A DNA stretch of 64,000 bases, taken from NCBI GenBank assembly GCA_022605425.2, contig CM061247.1, positions 868,001 through 932,000 of the forward strand, read 5' to 3'. The notes beneath the pieces are model-generated. The model was not told the origin of the DNA. It ran no database searches and saw only the letters and a program-made list of their open reading frames with translations. Shown one piece after another: positions 1 through 11,678 of this stretch; positions within the stretch are counted from its first letter, which is position 1, and the number at the start of each line of letters is the position of its first letter. Source of the DNA: Hamiltosporidium tvaerminnensis FI-OER-3-3 (lineage: Eukaryota; Fungi; Microsporidia). The translations under genes were made by a program, and so were the position numbers.

Positions 1-2250
1 ACTACAGGCCAATCACTTGTATGTCCAACCTCTACAAGTTAACGACTAAGTGTGTAACGAAAGTCGTTCAACTTGAAGTGGAAAGGCGAGGGTTGCTTGC
101 GGAGAACCAGTTGGGAGCAGTTAGAGGTGTGCAGGGAGCGAAAGAGCAGGCTCTACTGAATATTGCCTATAATAAAGAGTACAGAAACAATCTTAAGGCA
201 ACATGGATTGATGTTAAAAAAGCTTATGATTCAATAGACCATGCTTATTTAACTCAATGCATTGAAAACCTTATTTTACCTGATTGGATCCTGAAATTTA
301 TTAAGGTAATTATATCAAAATGGAAAATTGATATATCAGTAGGGCCTGAAAAAATCATGAGCAAGAAGATTGAGAGAAGAATTCTGCAAGGAGATAGTTT
401 GTCACTATTGTTATTTGTGTTGTGTATGGATCCACTAAGCCGAAAGCTTAATGAAAAATACACGAAAGTGACACTACAAACAGATGCAGAATCCCATTCT
501 ACTAATCATCTCTTGTTTATTGACCATCTTAAGCTCCTTGCTAAAGACAGTTCGACATTGAGTGCTATGACAGACGAGGCAAAGGAATATTTAGAGGTGA
601 TTGGGTTAGAGATTAACAAAGAGAAGTCAGCCACAAATGATAAGTGTTGTGAAGATACTGCTACTCTTCTAGAAGGTGTTAGTATTTACAAATATTTAGG
701 AATAATAGAAGATAGCAGAGGAATTCCAACACGTAGCTCATTTGAAGAAGTACAGAGCAAACTGATAGCAAGAGTTGAAAGACTTTGTCACACTAGATTA
801 AATGCAAAAAATTTATTTTCTGCAATCAATCAACATGCGATATCGTTAATCAACTATCACATAGGAGTACTTCGACTTGAACTGGCATACTTCTCTAAGT
901 TAGATGATGCAGTGCGTGCGGTGTTGGTGAAGAATAAGATCCATCTCCGCCCAAGTTGTAAAGAGCGTTTGTATCTTCCTAGAACAGAACTTGGAAGAGG
1001 CCTACATAGTGTTGAGTTGCGAAGCGAACATATGCTTCTGCAACTCTTGGATTGTCTGGAAAAAAGTAAAGAAATATCAACTAGACGAGCAGCAATCCTC
1101 AAGGTGGAGAATAATAATAAAACCCATCTTGCACTAATAAAAGGCTTCTTAAAAGTAAAGTACAGGTTGGTAGAAGAAGTCACTAAGAAAAGTTTAGAAG
1201 AAGCTCAGCTTGCAAAACTATATAACGAAATAGAAAAACGAAAACTCCATTCAAAGTTATATAATGCAAGGAAAAATGAGCTTGTGAGTGTTAGTGACTC
1301 TTCAAGATGGCTAAAGAGAGGGAATATTAGGCCGCGTGATGAAGCAATGTTCTGCTATATCCAGGATAGAAATGTATTTTGGGGAGCAGATGGTATGTAC
1401 CAACACTGCAATAAATCTGGTAAGACTGTAGATCATCTAGCAACTCGATGTGAAAAAATGCTAAGCCATGACTACACCAGACGGTATAATGAAGTGATTA
1501 GATGCCTACACTTACTTCTCCTAAATAGATATAAGTTTAAGTCCTCAAAACGAATTAAGAGTCACTCAGTTCAAGAAATTTTTGATAATGAGTATGCAGA
1601 GATAAGAGTAGACGCTGAATAAAAACTGGGGTCAAGATTGGTGTGATAGACTCGATATATTTATTTTAGATAAGATAAAAAATAAAATAACAGTAATTGA
1701 TGTATGAATCACTTCCTAATATTCACTTCAAATAGTTGAAACTGAAAAACTCAGGAAATATGACCTACTAGTCAATGAGTTGGGTCTTATTTATAATTAT
1801 AGTGTTGAGATAATCCTGTATATGATGACCTGGGACGGTATTGTGACAAAATACCATAAAATACCCCGTAAAAGACTAGAAATACACATGAATGTAGAGG
1901 CATACATTCAGTCTATAGTACTTAAGAAGACAATCGAAACATTTACTTTGATCGATAAGAGGACTTGAGTCAGAACCAAATGCCGAAGAGAGCTGGGAGA
2001 GAGCGTTAATGGGTTTCATCATGAGAGCAGAGATGCACGAGGAACCAAAACACCCTTTAAAAGAAGCGAAGAATGGGGAAAATGGTGTTAAAGAAATAAA
2101 AAAAAGAATTTTACACCTCTTTTTTCAGAGGGAGGAACCGACCAATAACATCAATGATGAGTTGGATTTGGATGAAGAAACTATCTTGGTTAAAGAGTTA
2201 GAAAAAATTATATAAAATTTAAAAGTTTTATACCCTGAATTTTATCAAAT
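1..2250 (+). mobile_element. R4/Dong-like non-LTR retrotransposon copy (RT-REL), cut by the window edge, degenerate 3' part
   Basis: ORF 21..1622 has RT motifs (DVKKAYDS, ILQGDSLS, FIDH in place of FIDD, YKYLG, RLYLPRTELGRGL). The REL region and acidic tail continue in broken frames (1780..1968, 2009..2215). The end TACCCTGAATTTTATCAAAT resembles the family 3' terminus. Confidence 0.93.
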
Positions 2251-3190
2251 TTAATGCAAGTTTATTATCTTACGTAAGTTCAATTTAATTCTAACTAAAA
2301 AAGTTCATTTCAATTTTTTATACATTTTCTATAAGTCTTTACTCCAATTTTACATTTATTTTACAAAGTTTAACTTAAAATTATTGATTTGTATATTATC
2401 TGATTTTTCCTTTTTTTAATTTTTTCCTTACTTTTATATGTGAGTTTAAAACGTATTTTTTTGTATTTTATGTCAAGCTTTGATTACGATCACTTTATCT
2501 ATGCTTTGAAATTCATTAAATTTGTTGTCTGCGTATATGACAATCTTTTTCATCACAGTCTATTTTTAATGAAGGTATAAATTCTTTCATCTTTCGGCTT
2601 CTTGTATGACATCCACTGATTCTCTTTCCCAACTCAGATCGGAACTTGGTAGTGTTTTAATCTTCCTCTATTTCAAAAAATGATTTCCAATGTTTTTTTG
2701 AATACTGTCGATTGAATACATGTTTAGATTCTTACTTCTATAGTAAGCTTGTTAAGGCATAGTTTATGATATTTAGTTACAAAATCATCCCAGTTTATCA
2801 AACAAGATATTGAATTATTCTCATATATATAACCCAAATCTTCAAAAATTTAATTTAAATCAATATTCTGTTTATATTACTGAGCAGCATTTTTTACTTT
2901 TTTCTATTAAAATTTTATACGCACTTATTTTCAACTTTAATTTATAAAAAATCTATTAAAAATTTGAAATTTAAAAGACAAAAAAATTATTTCGCGATAC
3001 GACCTTGAAAATCAATTAAAATCTATTACATTAAACTTTTTAATTTTATTCGTACCGTTTATCACGTCAACATCTGTTATAATTTTCTGGTTATGTAAAT
3101 TTAATTATTTCCCAATATTTCTTAACATTTCTCATCTTTATAAATATATTCAACACCATGTGCTTCTTTTACTCCCATACACACCCCTGT

Positions 3191-3613
3191 ATGAAATCGA
3201 ATCAATATAAAATAATGGGTTTACTAAATATAGGAACTTCATTGTCATCCCAACTAAAAAACACAGAAGTGGATACTAAACAACCAAATAAAGAGCTGAG
3301 TAACGAATCGAGTAGAGGAAAAAGAAATATTCATAAAGTCTTAGCAGAAAATAATAAAAAAACGATATTATATTTTATTGATGGTGTAGATTTCGGAGTT
3401 AACAGTATAATTGAAATTAAAAAAGAAATTATTGAAGAAGAAGATAGAATTATAAAACAAAATGAATATTTTTTAATCAAACGAACCGAATATTGTATTG
3501 ACTACGATGTTATTAAAGAATTACTGGAACAAAATAAAAAGAAAAATGGTAATAAAAAAACTATTGATACAGAGAATTGTGAAGAATTTATTGAAGAGCC
3601 AGAATATTTGTAG
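3191..3613 (+). CDS. Hypothetical protein (about 140 aa); start moved to ATG 3191
   Basis: ORF 3158..3613; CCCC at 3184-3187 lies 3 nt before the in-frame ATG 3191, as in other genes here. No family recognised. Confidence 0.55.
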   Translation: MKSNQYKIMGLLNIGTSLSSQLKNTEVDTKQPNKELSNESSRGKRNIHKVLAENNKKTILYFIDGVDFGVNSIIEIKKEIIEEEDRIIKQNEYFLIKRTEYCIDYDVIKELLEQNKKKNGNKKTIDTENCEEFIEEPEYL

Positions 3614-3925
3614 GAGTGAAAAATGGTATTAAGAAATTATTTATATAGAAAATTGTGTATATTTTTTTTTGAAGAACCAGAAAGCTTGTGAGGAAAAAAT
3701 GGTATTAAAAAAATATTTATATAGAAAATTGTGTATATTTTTTTTGAAGAACCGGAAAGCTTGTGAGGAAAAAATGGTATTAAGAAAATATTTGTACAGA
3801 AAATAGGGAAGAACCAGAATATTCGTAGGAGTAAAAATGGTAATAAAAAATGGTAATAAAAAAATTATGATACAGAGAATTGTGAAGAATTTATTGAAGA
3901 ACCAGAATATTTGTAGGAATAAAAA
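3543..3925 (+). repeat. About 75-bp tandem array (about 5 units) duplicating the last codons and stop of the upstream ORF
   Basis: Units start AAAATGGTA (about 3543, 3620, 3696, 3771, 3847) and end GAAGAACCAGAATATTTGTAGGA or GAAGAACCAGAAAGCTTGTGAGGA. Confidence 0.85.
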
Positions 3926-4114
3926 ATGTAATAAAAATATTTAATTCCAGGTTTAATCAAAGTTACAAATTTTCTGAAAATCATTTCAAATATAAAAACA
4001 TTAAAAAATCAAATTCAACCACTAAAAAATAAAATAACCAATTAAAATTTAAAAAAAATTTTGTTTCACTTAAATAAAAAAAATAAAAAAAGAAATAAAT
4101 TAAAACAAAAATAA

Positions 4115-4669
4115 ATGGGTACAGTTCATAGTACAGGAGAAAATTTTGATGAAGAAAGTATAAGAAAATTTAGTCATTTTGATTCCGAAGATGTTAGAAG
4201 ATGGTCAATATCGTTTCAAAAAGCATTTCCTACCGGTTATTTAAGCCAATCGGATTTAGAAAAATTATTTCTTACATTTTTTCCCTTTGGAAGTCCAAAA
4301 AAATTTACTGCCATTTTATTTACTACAATAAATATTAGCGGTACAGAAATGATAGATTTTCATGAATTATTGATTTCATTTAGTATTTTAACTAAAGGCA
4401 GTAGTTTTGAAAAGCTTAGGTGGATGTTTCGATTTTATGATAGAGATAATGATGGGGTGGTTTCTAAAGAAGAAATGAGGATTGTAGCACAGGCTGTCTA
4501 TGATATGGTTGGGTCTACATTTGATTTAAATTTGGATATAAAAGAAATGATAGATTTAATTTTCTTAGAATTGGAAAATGAAAGTGGATTTTTGACTTTC
4601 GATGATTTTAAAAGTCTAAGTGAAAAGAAATCTAAGTTGTTTAAAATGCTTACAATATTTGGTGATTAA
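4115..4669 (+). CDS. FRQ1: Neuronal calcium sensor / frequenin-like EF-hand protein
   Basis: MGxxxS myristoylation start; FPTGYL, FFPFGSPKKF, EKLRWMFRFYDRDNDGVVSKEE (canonical EF-hand); 184 aa is typical of NCS-1/Frq1. Confidence 0.85.
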   Translation: MGTVHSTGENFDEESIRKFSHFDSEDVRRWSISFQKAFPTGYLSQSDLEKLFLTFFPFGSPKKFTAILFTTINISGTEMIDFHELLISFSILTKGSSFEKLRWMFRFYDRDNDGVVSKEEMRIVAQAVYDMVGSTFDLNLDIKEMIDLIFLELENESGFLTFDDFKSLSEKKSKLFKMLTIFGD

Positions 4670-4982
4670 GAAACTTAATAGTTTTAATAGAAATAAAATT
4701 TTTTTATTGTAAAAATATTTTTTTAAAAAAATTTCAATTTACTTTTGTTGTGTGGTATTTTAAAATTGGTTTAAGGAAATAAAAAAATTATTTTTCAAAG
4801 TTACAAGTTTCGAAAGAAATGACAAGTGAAAAGTAATTTTATAAACATAAATAAATTTCTGAAGTTACGAGTTTTAAAAAAAGAAAAAAAGAATCAATAT
4901 GGAAATAAATAAGGCTTTAGGATAGAATCTAACATGAAACTTGTTTTAAAATGTTTGAAACTACTTTATAAATCTTTAAGGA

Positions 4983-6014
4983 ATGGAAAAACAAACAATG
5001 GAAATACGAATAGCTCCTTTCACATTTTTGATCTCTCTATTTTTTACCGGTGTTCAAATAATATTATTCTGGACAAAAATAGTATTTCAAAGAAGTTGGA
5101 AATATTTTTCGATTGGCAAATTAAAGAGTGGAAATATCAGATCGATTGCATTGGTACTATTTTCTATAAATTTATTTATATTTTCAATTTATAACGTAAT
5201 TGCTTCTGTATTTGCGTATTCGAAAGGATATGTCATTTACAGATCTGATTTTTTATCGAAATCTGAGAGAAATTTACAAATAATCGAAATAATATTTGAA
5301 AGTTTACAGAAAAGTTTGGCGTTTTTTAGTTTAATATTATTTCTACCGGTTTTTTGTTCAATTAGTAATTTTACTTCAAGAAAAAATTCAAAACCATTAG
5401 AGTTTAATTTCATATTAGTCTATTCCTTTCTCAGAATAATGTTTTACCCAACTGTTTACATCATTTTTTATAGAACACCAATGCTCGGATTATATTTCAT
5501 AGAAATAATTAATGTTTCAGAAACTGTTTTGTTGTTGTTTTTTTATTTTAATATTTATACTTCTCTGAAAAATATTATCGGAAGATCTCAAATTTTCAAT
5601 TTAAGAAAAACTGCAATTTTACAATCGATATTCCATAAATTTAAAGTAATTGCAACACTTTTTTTTATGGAATTGATATTTGAAATAATTTATAAATTTA
5701 TGATAATATCTTTAATAATCAGGTCAAGTTTATTTGGATACAATATTATTCTTGATTTAGCTTTCTTTCTTAAGATAATAACATTTTCAATACAGTTTTA
5801 TTGTATTTTAAATTTATCTTTACCCGAAGATAAAGATGCTCCTGAAACTATTTTTTGGGAACCAAGTAATAATTCAAGACCTGATTTCTTATTTTATAAT
5901 CCTTATATAAAAGAATCAAGTATAGATTTCAAATTTACAGATGAATGGGATGAATCAGTACTACAGCCTAATAACGTAGATGCATGCGATAAAAACAGTG
6001 AATTTCAAATTTAA
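4983..6014 (+). CDS. Multi-pass membrane protein (about 7 hydrophobic segments), unknown family
   Basis: 343-aa ORF with alternating hydrophobic stretches and a polar/acidic C-terminal tail. Confidence 0.75.
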   Translation: MEKQTMEIRIAPFTFLISLFFTGVQIILFWTKIVFQRSWKYFSIGKLKSGNIRSIALVLFSINLFIFSIYNVIASVFAYSKGYVIYRSDFLSKSERNLQIIEIIFESLQKSLAFFSLILFLPVFCSISNFTSRKNSKPLEFNFILVYSFLRIMFYPTVYIIFYRTPMLGLYFIEIINVSETVLLLFFYFNIYTSLKNIIGRSQIFNLRKTAILQSIFHKFKVIATLFFMELIFEIIYKFMIISLIIRSSLFGYNIILDLAFFLKIITFSIQFYCILNLSLPEDKDAPETIFWEPSNNSRPDFLFYNPYIKESSIDFKFTDEWDESVLQPNNVDACDKNSEFQI

Positions 6015-6268
6015 TTAAATTAATACGAATTTTTCTCTTGGATTCCATAGCTTTAATATTTTTTCAAAAATTGGTAAACCATTACTAAATTTCAAATTTA
6101 ATTAAATTAATACGAATTTTTCTCTTGGATTCCATAGCTTTAATATTTTTTCAAAAATTGGTAAACCATTACTAAATTTCAAATTTAATTAAATTAATAC
6201 GAATTTTTCTCTTAAATTCCATAGCTTTAATATTTTTTCAATAATTGGTAAACCATTACTAAATTTCA
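6001..6268 (+). repeat. 87-bp tandem repeat x3 starting at the stop-codon region of the membrane protein gene
   Basis: Units begin AATTTCAAATTTAATTAAATTAATACG at 6001, 6088 and 6175 (partial at 6262); nearly identical. Confidence 0.95.
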
Positions 6269-7299
6269 TCTGCTTTGTTTTTAATGTATTTTATTGAAAA
6301 TGTAAACCAATTTCTTATTTTGAATCTTTAAAAAATTTAATTACAAATAATAAATATTGTACTCAAATTAAATTCTCAATAAATATTACTAACAATCTAT
6401 TTTTCAAACAATTCTTAAGTTATAAGCTACTAGCACTTATTTATATGCTCTTTTTATTTTTGTATCTAAATTGCTTTCACATATATAAGAATTTTTTTTA
6501 ATGATTTAACTATTTATACTAAAGCCGCGGAATTTTAAAAGGAATACATGGCAACTTTGAGTTATTTTGGTATATAAATTTTTAAAAAAAAAACTTTTTA
6601 AAAGTTTAACTAGTATACTACTAAATAATCAACAAATCAAATAGCTAGAGATAGAATTTATTTCTATTTTATTTAGATATTAAGCTTAATATTTATTTCA
6701 AGAGTAATTACAGAGAAAATGTTTGTACATTAAGAAATCATTATTTATATAATAATTGAAAAAAATAAGATTTAGAATGAATAATATATGTCTCAAAAGG
6801 TTTTTTTTTATAAAATCATTTTTTAAATGTGAAAAAAACTCTAATTAAAAACTCAAATTAATATTTGAAATGTAAGAAAATCTCTCCGATAAATTATATT
6901 TGTTACAATTCTTTCGTGTTTAAAATATTTATGCAACTTGACCTATAATTCATGGATTTAAAAAAATAGTATAAGGAATCATGGCTTTACGTAAAAAAAT
7001 GTAGCTTATTATGTATCAAATATTGACTCTTAGATCCGAAAAATGAATGGAATATTCGACTAGTTATCAAATAGTGTTCTCTTATATCTGAGATATAAAT
7101 ATATTATAGCAATTGAAAGGAATATATCAACACTTAAATCAGTATATTGAAACAGTAGAGTATCAAGCAACTATATTTGAGAAAATGTTTTTATATGACT
7201 ACGCCAAACGAGAAAATGAATTACTATTATGGCTGTATTTAATATGTCTAAATATATTCAAATCTTTTGAAAATAATCCGTAACCACTCAAGCAAGGAA

Positions 7300-7900
7300 A
7301 TTATTGATAATAAATATGTGAAATAGGAGCTAAGAACAGGATTAAATCTATACCACATATTGAAAAATATACCCTTTGTTTTTTTAGATAAAATTTTAAA
7401 TATGATACCCCTTGTTTAAATAGAAATTACTTCCTAAGATTCACTTCAAATAGTTAAACATGAAAAATATCAATTATGGCATATTATTAAATAAACTAGG
7501 TCTTATTTTTAAGTGTAGTATCGAGATAATTCTTTATGTGATAACCTTGGACGGTATTGTGACAAAATAACATAAGATGTATATATAGAAACTTCGAAAA
7601 CCCATGGATGTAGAAGCATACACATATCAAATATGGATTATAAATGCTTTTACTACTTTTATTTAATTCAACAAAGAGCTTAATATACAAGCAAATGCCA
7701 ACAGGAGCAGGGAAAGAATATCAAGGATTAATATACAAAAAGGCCATGTAAGAACAACCAATATCACTTTCGATTGGATCGAGGGATTACGAAGATGGTG
7801 TTAAACAGGTAAAGTCAAAAAAATTCATATTCTGAGTGTAATGACATTTTCGGGCAACCTAAGGATAAAATAAAAGAAAAATTCGGATTTCAAAGCGCAA
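7300..7900 (+). mobile_element. Old degenerate 3' fragment of the same RT-REL retrotransposon family
   Basis: GATTCACTTCAAATAGTT (about 7438) and ACCTTGGACGGTATTGTGACAAAATA (about 7544) match the REL region of the younger copies; many stops. Confidence 0.7.
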
Positions 7901-9641
7901 AAAAAGTTTTTGAAGCAAATATTCAATAGAAAGGAAAGGTTTTATAATTCATGATTTCCAAATAAATTGTTTTTTAAATCAAAATATAAGTTTTAACTTG
8001 CAAGTATTTTAGATTAAACCTTGAATTATAATGTAATTAATGACTTAAAACCTTATTTTGTTAGATTATAAATACCGTTTAATTTACAAACTTTGCTTCT
8101 GTTGTAACTTAATGTAGCAAAAATGATTTTGCAGATATTTATTTTTCATATTCAAATATAAGATAATTTATTATGAAATAAAGCTTAATTTTCACGAGTT
8201 ATTTATTTTGTTTCTTCAGATTGTTTTACTCAAACTCATTATTATTCACTAAGAAAATTCTTCGTAATCTAACGTATTTTTTGCATTTAGTCAGTGTTTT
8301 GATTTCAATCATTTTATCATCCCTTTAAGGATCAATGTTTTCGTGTTTGCTTATTCCCAGTTTATATTTATTAAGTTGTATATGCAATAATTATAGACGG
8401 TTTTCCTTTCTGATTCATTAATACATCTCTAAATACATTTTCATCACTTTTTGGCATTTTGTCTAGGTTATAATTCTCATCTTTAATCTAATTGTTTAGG
8501 AGTATAAAATCATTAAAAATCATCTGCTTGGTAATTAGTGTGTAAAATTCGTTTGGAAATAATTGTTGGCATTTTAGTGGAATATAAATTACATTGGATC
8601 TTTAAGACGCCCTCTGAAATCCCGAGTTACAACAGATTAAAAGAAAAAAATAGAGAACTTCTATTTGATAATCTTTGACACCATAGCCAAAAGAAAACTG
8701 AAATATGTAAGTTCTTCGATCAAAAATTGAACTGTATATAACTGCTTTTATTCTTTTCGATATTTATAGCTTTTCAAAGTACTTTGCTAGTATTTTGCCA
8801 CCACTATCGTTGTTTATCACTTACAACAAATATAAACACCATTCTTATATTTGACTTAACTTATTGAATGATATATCATCTTCCTTAGTTTTTAAGTTTT
8901 AACGTTCTAAGCAATTATTGCGCTGTACTTTCGGCATGATCTATTCTAACTAATTATAAATTTATTATTAAATATTTTAATAACACATGTGATTACCGAA
9001 TAAAGGTTTTCCTGTTTCAGATTTTAAAGTTTTTATCAATACAGTTCTAATTTTATATTTTATTTAATATTATTTTTAGCATTTTAATCTACCAATTTTT
9101 CTATATTTCGAACCTATGTTTCAAGTTCGATATCAGTCTTCATAAATAAGTAATTTATATTACTGGTCTTTACTTGTCAAAAACCTTCTTTTATAACTTT
9201 GTTATAAAAAGGATTGATTATTTGTATGTACAAGCTCCATGTATAAAAATTATATTTTAAAAATATTTTTTAAACTTTATGTCTAAAATTTGGAATACAA
9301 TTCTGAATAGGAAAAAATTATTTATCAGATAGAATAAACACCAAGTTTTGTAAAAAATTGAATTTATAAAGCGTTTTTATAATGAAATGATCTAAAAATG
9401 AAAATTTAAATTCATATAAATCATATCATAAAATTATAAAATCAAATATGGTAATCTAATTAAAAAATACGGTAGAAGAAGAAATTTTTTAGACTTTGTT
9501 CATTAAAAATTATAAAACAAACCTAACTACGTAACTGATGGCATTAAAAATACAAGTAAGCGATTTAATATTTTTCTTCAAAAATTTTAAATCAAATCCA
9601 GATGTATAACAAATACAATAGAAATTTTAATAAAATGAATG

Positions 9642-9832
9642 CAAACTAAAAGATTTGAAAATTTGAAAGTAAATTTCATAGGAAAAGCACAAAACCAATT
9701 CCAATATTAAAACATTGTTCAAATTCAAACTAAAAGATTTGAAAATTTAAATTCATATGAAAAGCACAAAACCAATTCCAATATTAAAACAATATTCAAA
9801 TTCAAACTAAAAGATTTGAAAATTTAAATTTT
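9642..9832. repeat. About 80-bp tandem repeat (about 2.3 units) just downstream of YIF1
   Basis: CAAACTAAAAGATTTGAAAATTT recurs three times; GAAAAGCACAAAACCAATTCCAATATTAAAACA twice. Confidence 0.85.
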
Positions 9833-9838
9833 ATTTCT

Positions 9839-10483
9839 TCAGGAAAGCATAAAAACTAAGAACACTTCCAGAATTACAGTAAAAAATAAAAAATAAATTT
9901 TACGTTGTCTATGAACCAAACTATTTCCAATTACAAATCCTTTCAAGCTCCGACTCAAAAAGAAGAAGAAAGCGCAATAAAAATATATTCTGACCAAAAC
10001 TCCCAAATATTTCATTTTAAACAATAAATTTAAAATAATTACAACAAATTTATATCCACTAAAAGACAAAAAATCCAATAATCCTAATTCAGAAATGTCC
10101 ATAAAATATCCAACCAATTTTACAATCGACATACAAACCAATTCCAGAATCAAACACCTACTAAAAATAATACCAAGTCTCTCAGGATTAAAATTATTCT
10201 TAAATCCCATATTCAACCCAATCAATAAAATATAAGTAACAAAACTCATAATAGGAATATACAAGTCAGGATCACTTACTTTCATAGAATCTGCCATAAT
10301 CACATCAGAATGATGTGCACAGTGCCATTCTTTATTTTTGAAAGGAAATATTATTACAATGAGTTTCATTAGTACATATTTATTTGTAATATTAAAATAT
10401 GGACGCATTTTTGCAAAATTTACACGTTGCATTCCTTTATTTACATAGTCTTTTACTACATCTTTCCCCATTTCTACGTTCAT
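9839..10483 (-). CDS. YIF1: Yif1/Hrf1 ER-Golgi trafficking membrane protein
   Basis: RPYFNITNKYVLMKL..FPF, PDLYIPIMSFVTYILL, FSGYKFV and FFLSRSLK motifs; CCC just upstream of the ATG. Confidence 0.9.
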   Translation of the reverse strand: MNVEMGKDVVKDYVNKGMQRVNFAKMRPYFNITNKYVLMKLIVIIFPFKNKEWHCAHHSDVIMADSMKVSDPDLYIPIMSFVTYILLIGLNMGFKNNFNPERLGIIFSRCLILELVCMSIVKLVGYFMDISELGLLDFLSFSGYKFVVIILNLLFKMKYLGVLVRIYFYCAFFFFLSRSLKGFVIGNSLVHRQRKIYFLFFTVILEVFLVFMLS

Positions 10484-10559
10484 TAAAAAAGGGCTTCTGT
10501 TTCCTTTTTGATGTAAGAATTAAACAATTTATAAGTTTTTTTTATTTGCAAATTGTTTC

Positions 10560-11005
10560 AAGAATTAGGAAATTAGGAAAATATTGTAAAGAAAAGAAAA
10601 TAGGAAACTAGGAAAGTAAAATATATTAGAAATTAGGAAAGAGGAAATATGAAAATATTGTAAAGAAAAGAAAATAGGAAACTAGGAAAGTAAAATATAT
10701 TAGAAATTAGGAAAGGGAATATTACGAAACTAGGAAAGTAAAATATATTAGAAATTAAGAAATAGGAAATATGAAAATATTGTAAAGAAAAGAAAATAGG
10801 AAACTAGGAAAGTAAAATATATTAGAAATTAAGAAATAGAAAGTAGGAAAATATTGTAATGAACAGAAACTAGGAAAGTAAGAAAGTAAAATATATTAGA
10901 AATTAAGAAATAGGAAATTAGGAAAATATTGTAATGAACAGAAACTAAGAAAGTAAAATATATTAGAAATTAGGAAAACGAGAAAGTAAGAAAACGAGAA
11001 ACTAA
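10560..11005. repeat. Purine-rich composite minisatellite (GGAAA/AGAAA modules) between ISD11 and YIF1
   Basis: Reiterated GAAAATATTGTAA, GAAACTAGGAAAGTAAAATATATTAGAAATTA blocks with extreme strand asymmetry. Confidence 0.9.
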
Positions 11006-11128
11006 AATTTATTCAAACATTAAATTTTTAGAAAGTAAGAAAAAAAATATGAAATTGGCAATCAAATAAGTTAAAAAATATTTACTTAAATCTATAGTTA
11101 AGTATCACTACTGATAAAAATAAAGAAT

Positions 11129-11383
11129 TCACAAATTACTATCTTTATCATTATAAAGATTGTAAATTTTAGTTTGTCTTTTAAGAACATCCATCAGATT
11201 ATTTTGTTCTTCCATATATTTTTTAATAGCACAGGTATTTTTTCCCTTTTCTAATTCTGATTGTAGAAATTCAAAGTCTTCATTTGCTTTTCTTGAAAAA
11301 TATTCTCTGAAATTTTGAGATTTAAATCTTGAAATTATTTTTAATAAATTTGCATATAAAACAGAAGGATCGTTGGTATTCAT
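11129..11383 (-). CDS. ISD11: Isd11/LYRM4, cysteine desulfurase partner of the mitosomal Fe-S (ISC) pathway
   Basis: 84 aa; LYANLLKIISRFKSQNFREYFSRKANEDF and VLKRQTKIYNLY match the Isd11 pattern (LYRxxL..F..YNFREY..RR..D.F ... LKRQ..I..LY); TAACCC 3 nt before the ATG. Confidence 0.85.
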   Translation of the reverse strand: MNTNDPSVLYANLLKIISRFKSQNFREYFSRKANEDFEFLQSELEKGKNTCAIKKYMEEQNNLMDVLKRQTKIYNLYNDKDSNL

Positions 11384-11549
11384 ACAGGGTTATAAAGACA
11401 TAGAAAATAATTTATTAGTTTGAAATATAAAAAAAGTCAATGAAAAAATTTAGAGAAATAAAAATAATTTAGAAAATATAAAATAAAATAATTTAGAGAA
11501 ACAAGAAATCTAATTTAAAAAATACGGAATAAAATAATTTAGAAATAAG

Positions 11550-11660
11550 AAATTTATTTTAAAAAAATAATTACAAAAAGAAATTTAAAAAAATAATTAC
11601 AAAATCAAATTTAAAAAAATAATTACAAAAAGAAATTTAAAAATATAATTATAAAAGAAG
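11550..11660. repeat. About 27-bp A-rich tandem repeat downstream of VID27
   Basis: AATTTAAAAAAATAATTACAAAA repeated about 4 times. Confidence 0.7.
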
Positions 11661-11678
11661 AATAGAATTTACTTTTAA

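Noticed and set aside
254-1183. Recurrent antisense ORFs (MYFSLSFR.., MTSSTNLY..) in the retrotransposon copies
   Set aside because: Shadow frames of the RT gene, conserved only because the copies are near-identical; non-ATG starts.
4106-4121. FRQ1 start context AAATAAATGGGTA identical to copy C's start
   Set aside because: Short low-complexity match explained by an A-rich context plus Met-Gly codons.
6001-6268. Tandem arrays as possible CRISPR
   Set aside because: No unique spacers, no cas genes, eukaryotic context.
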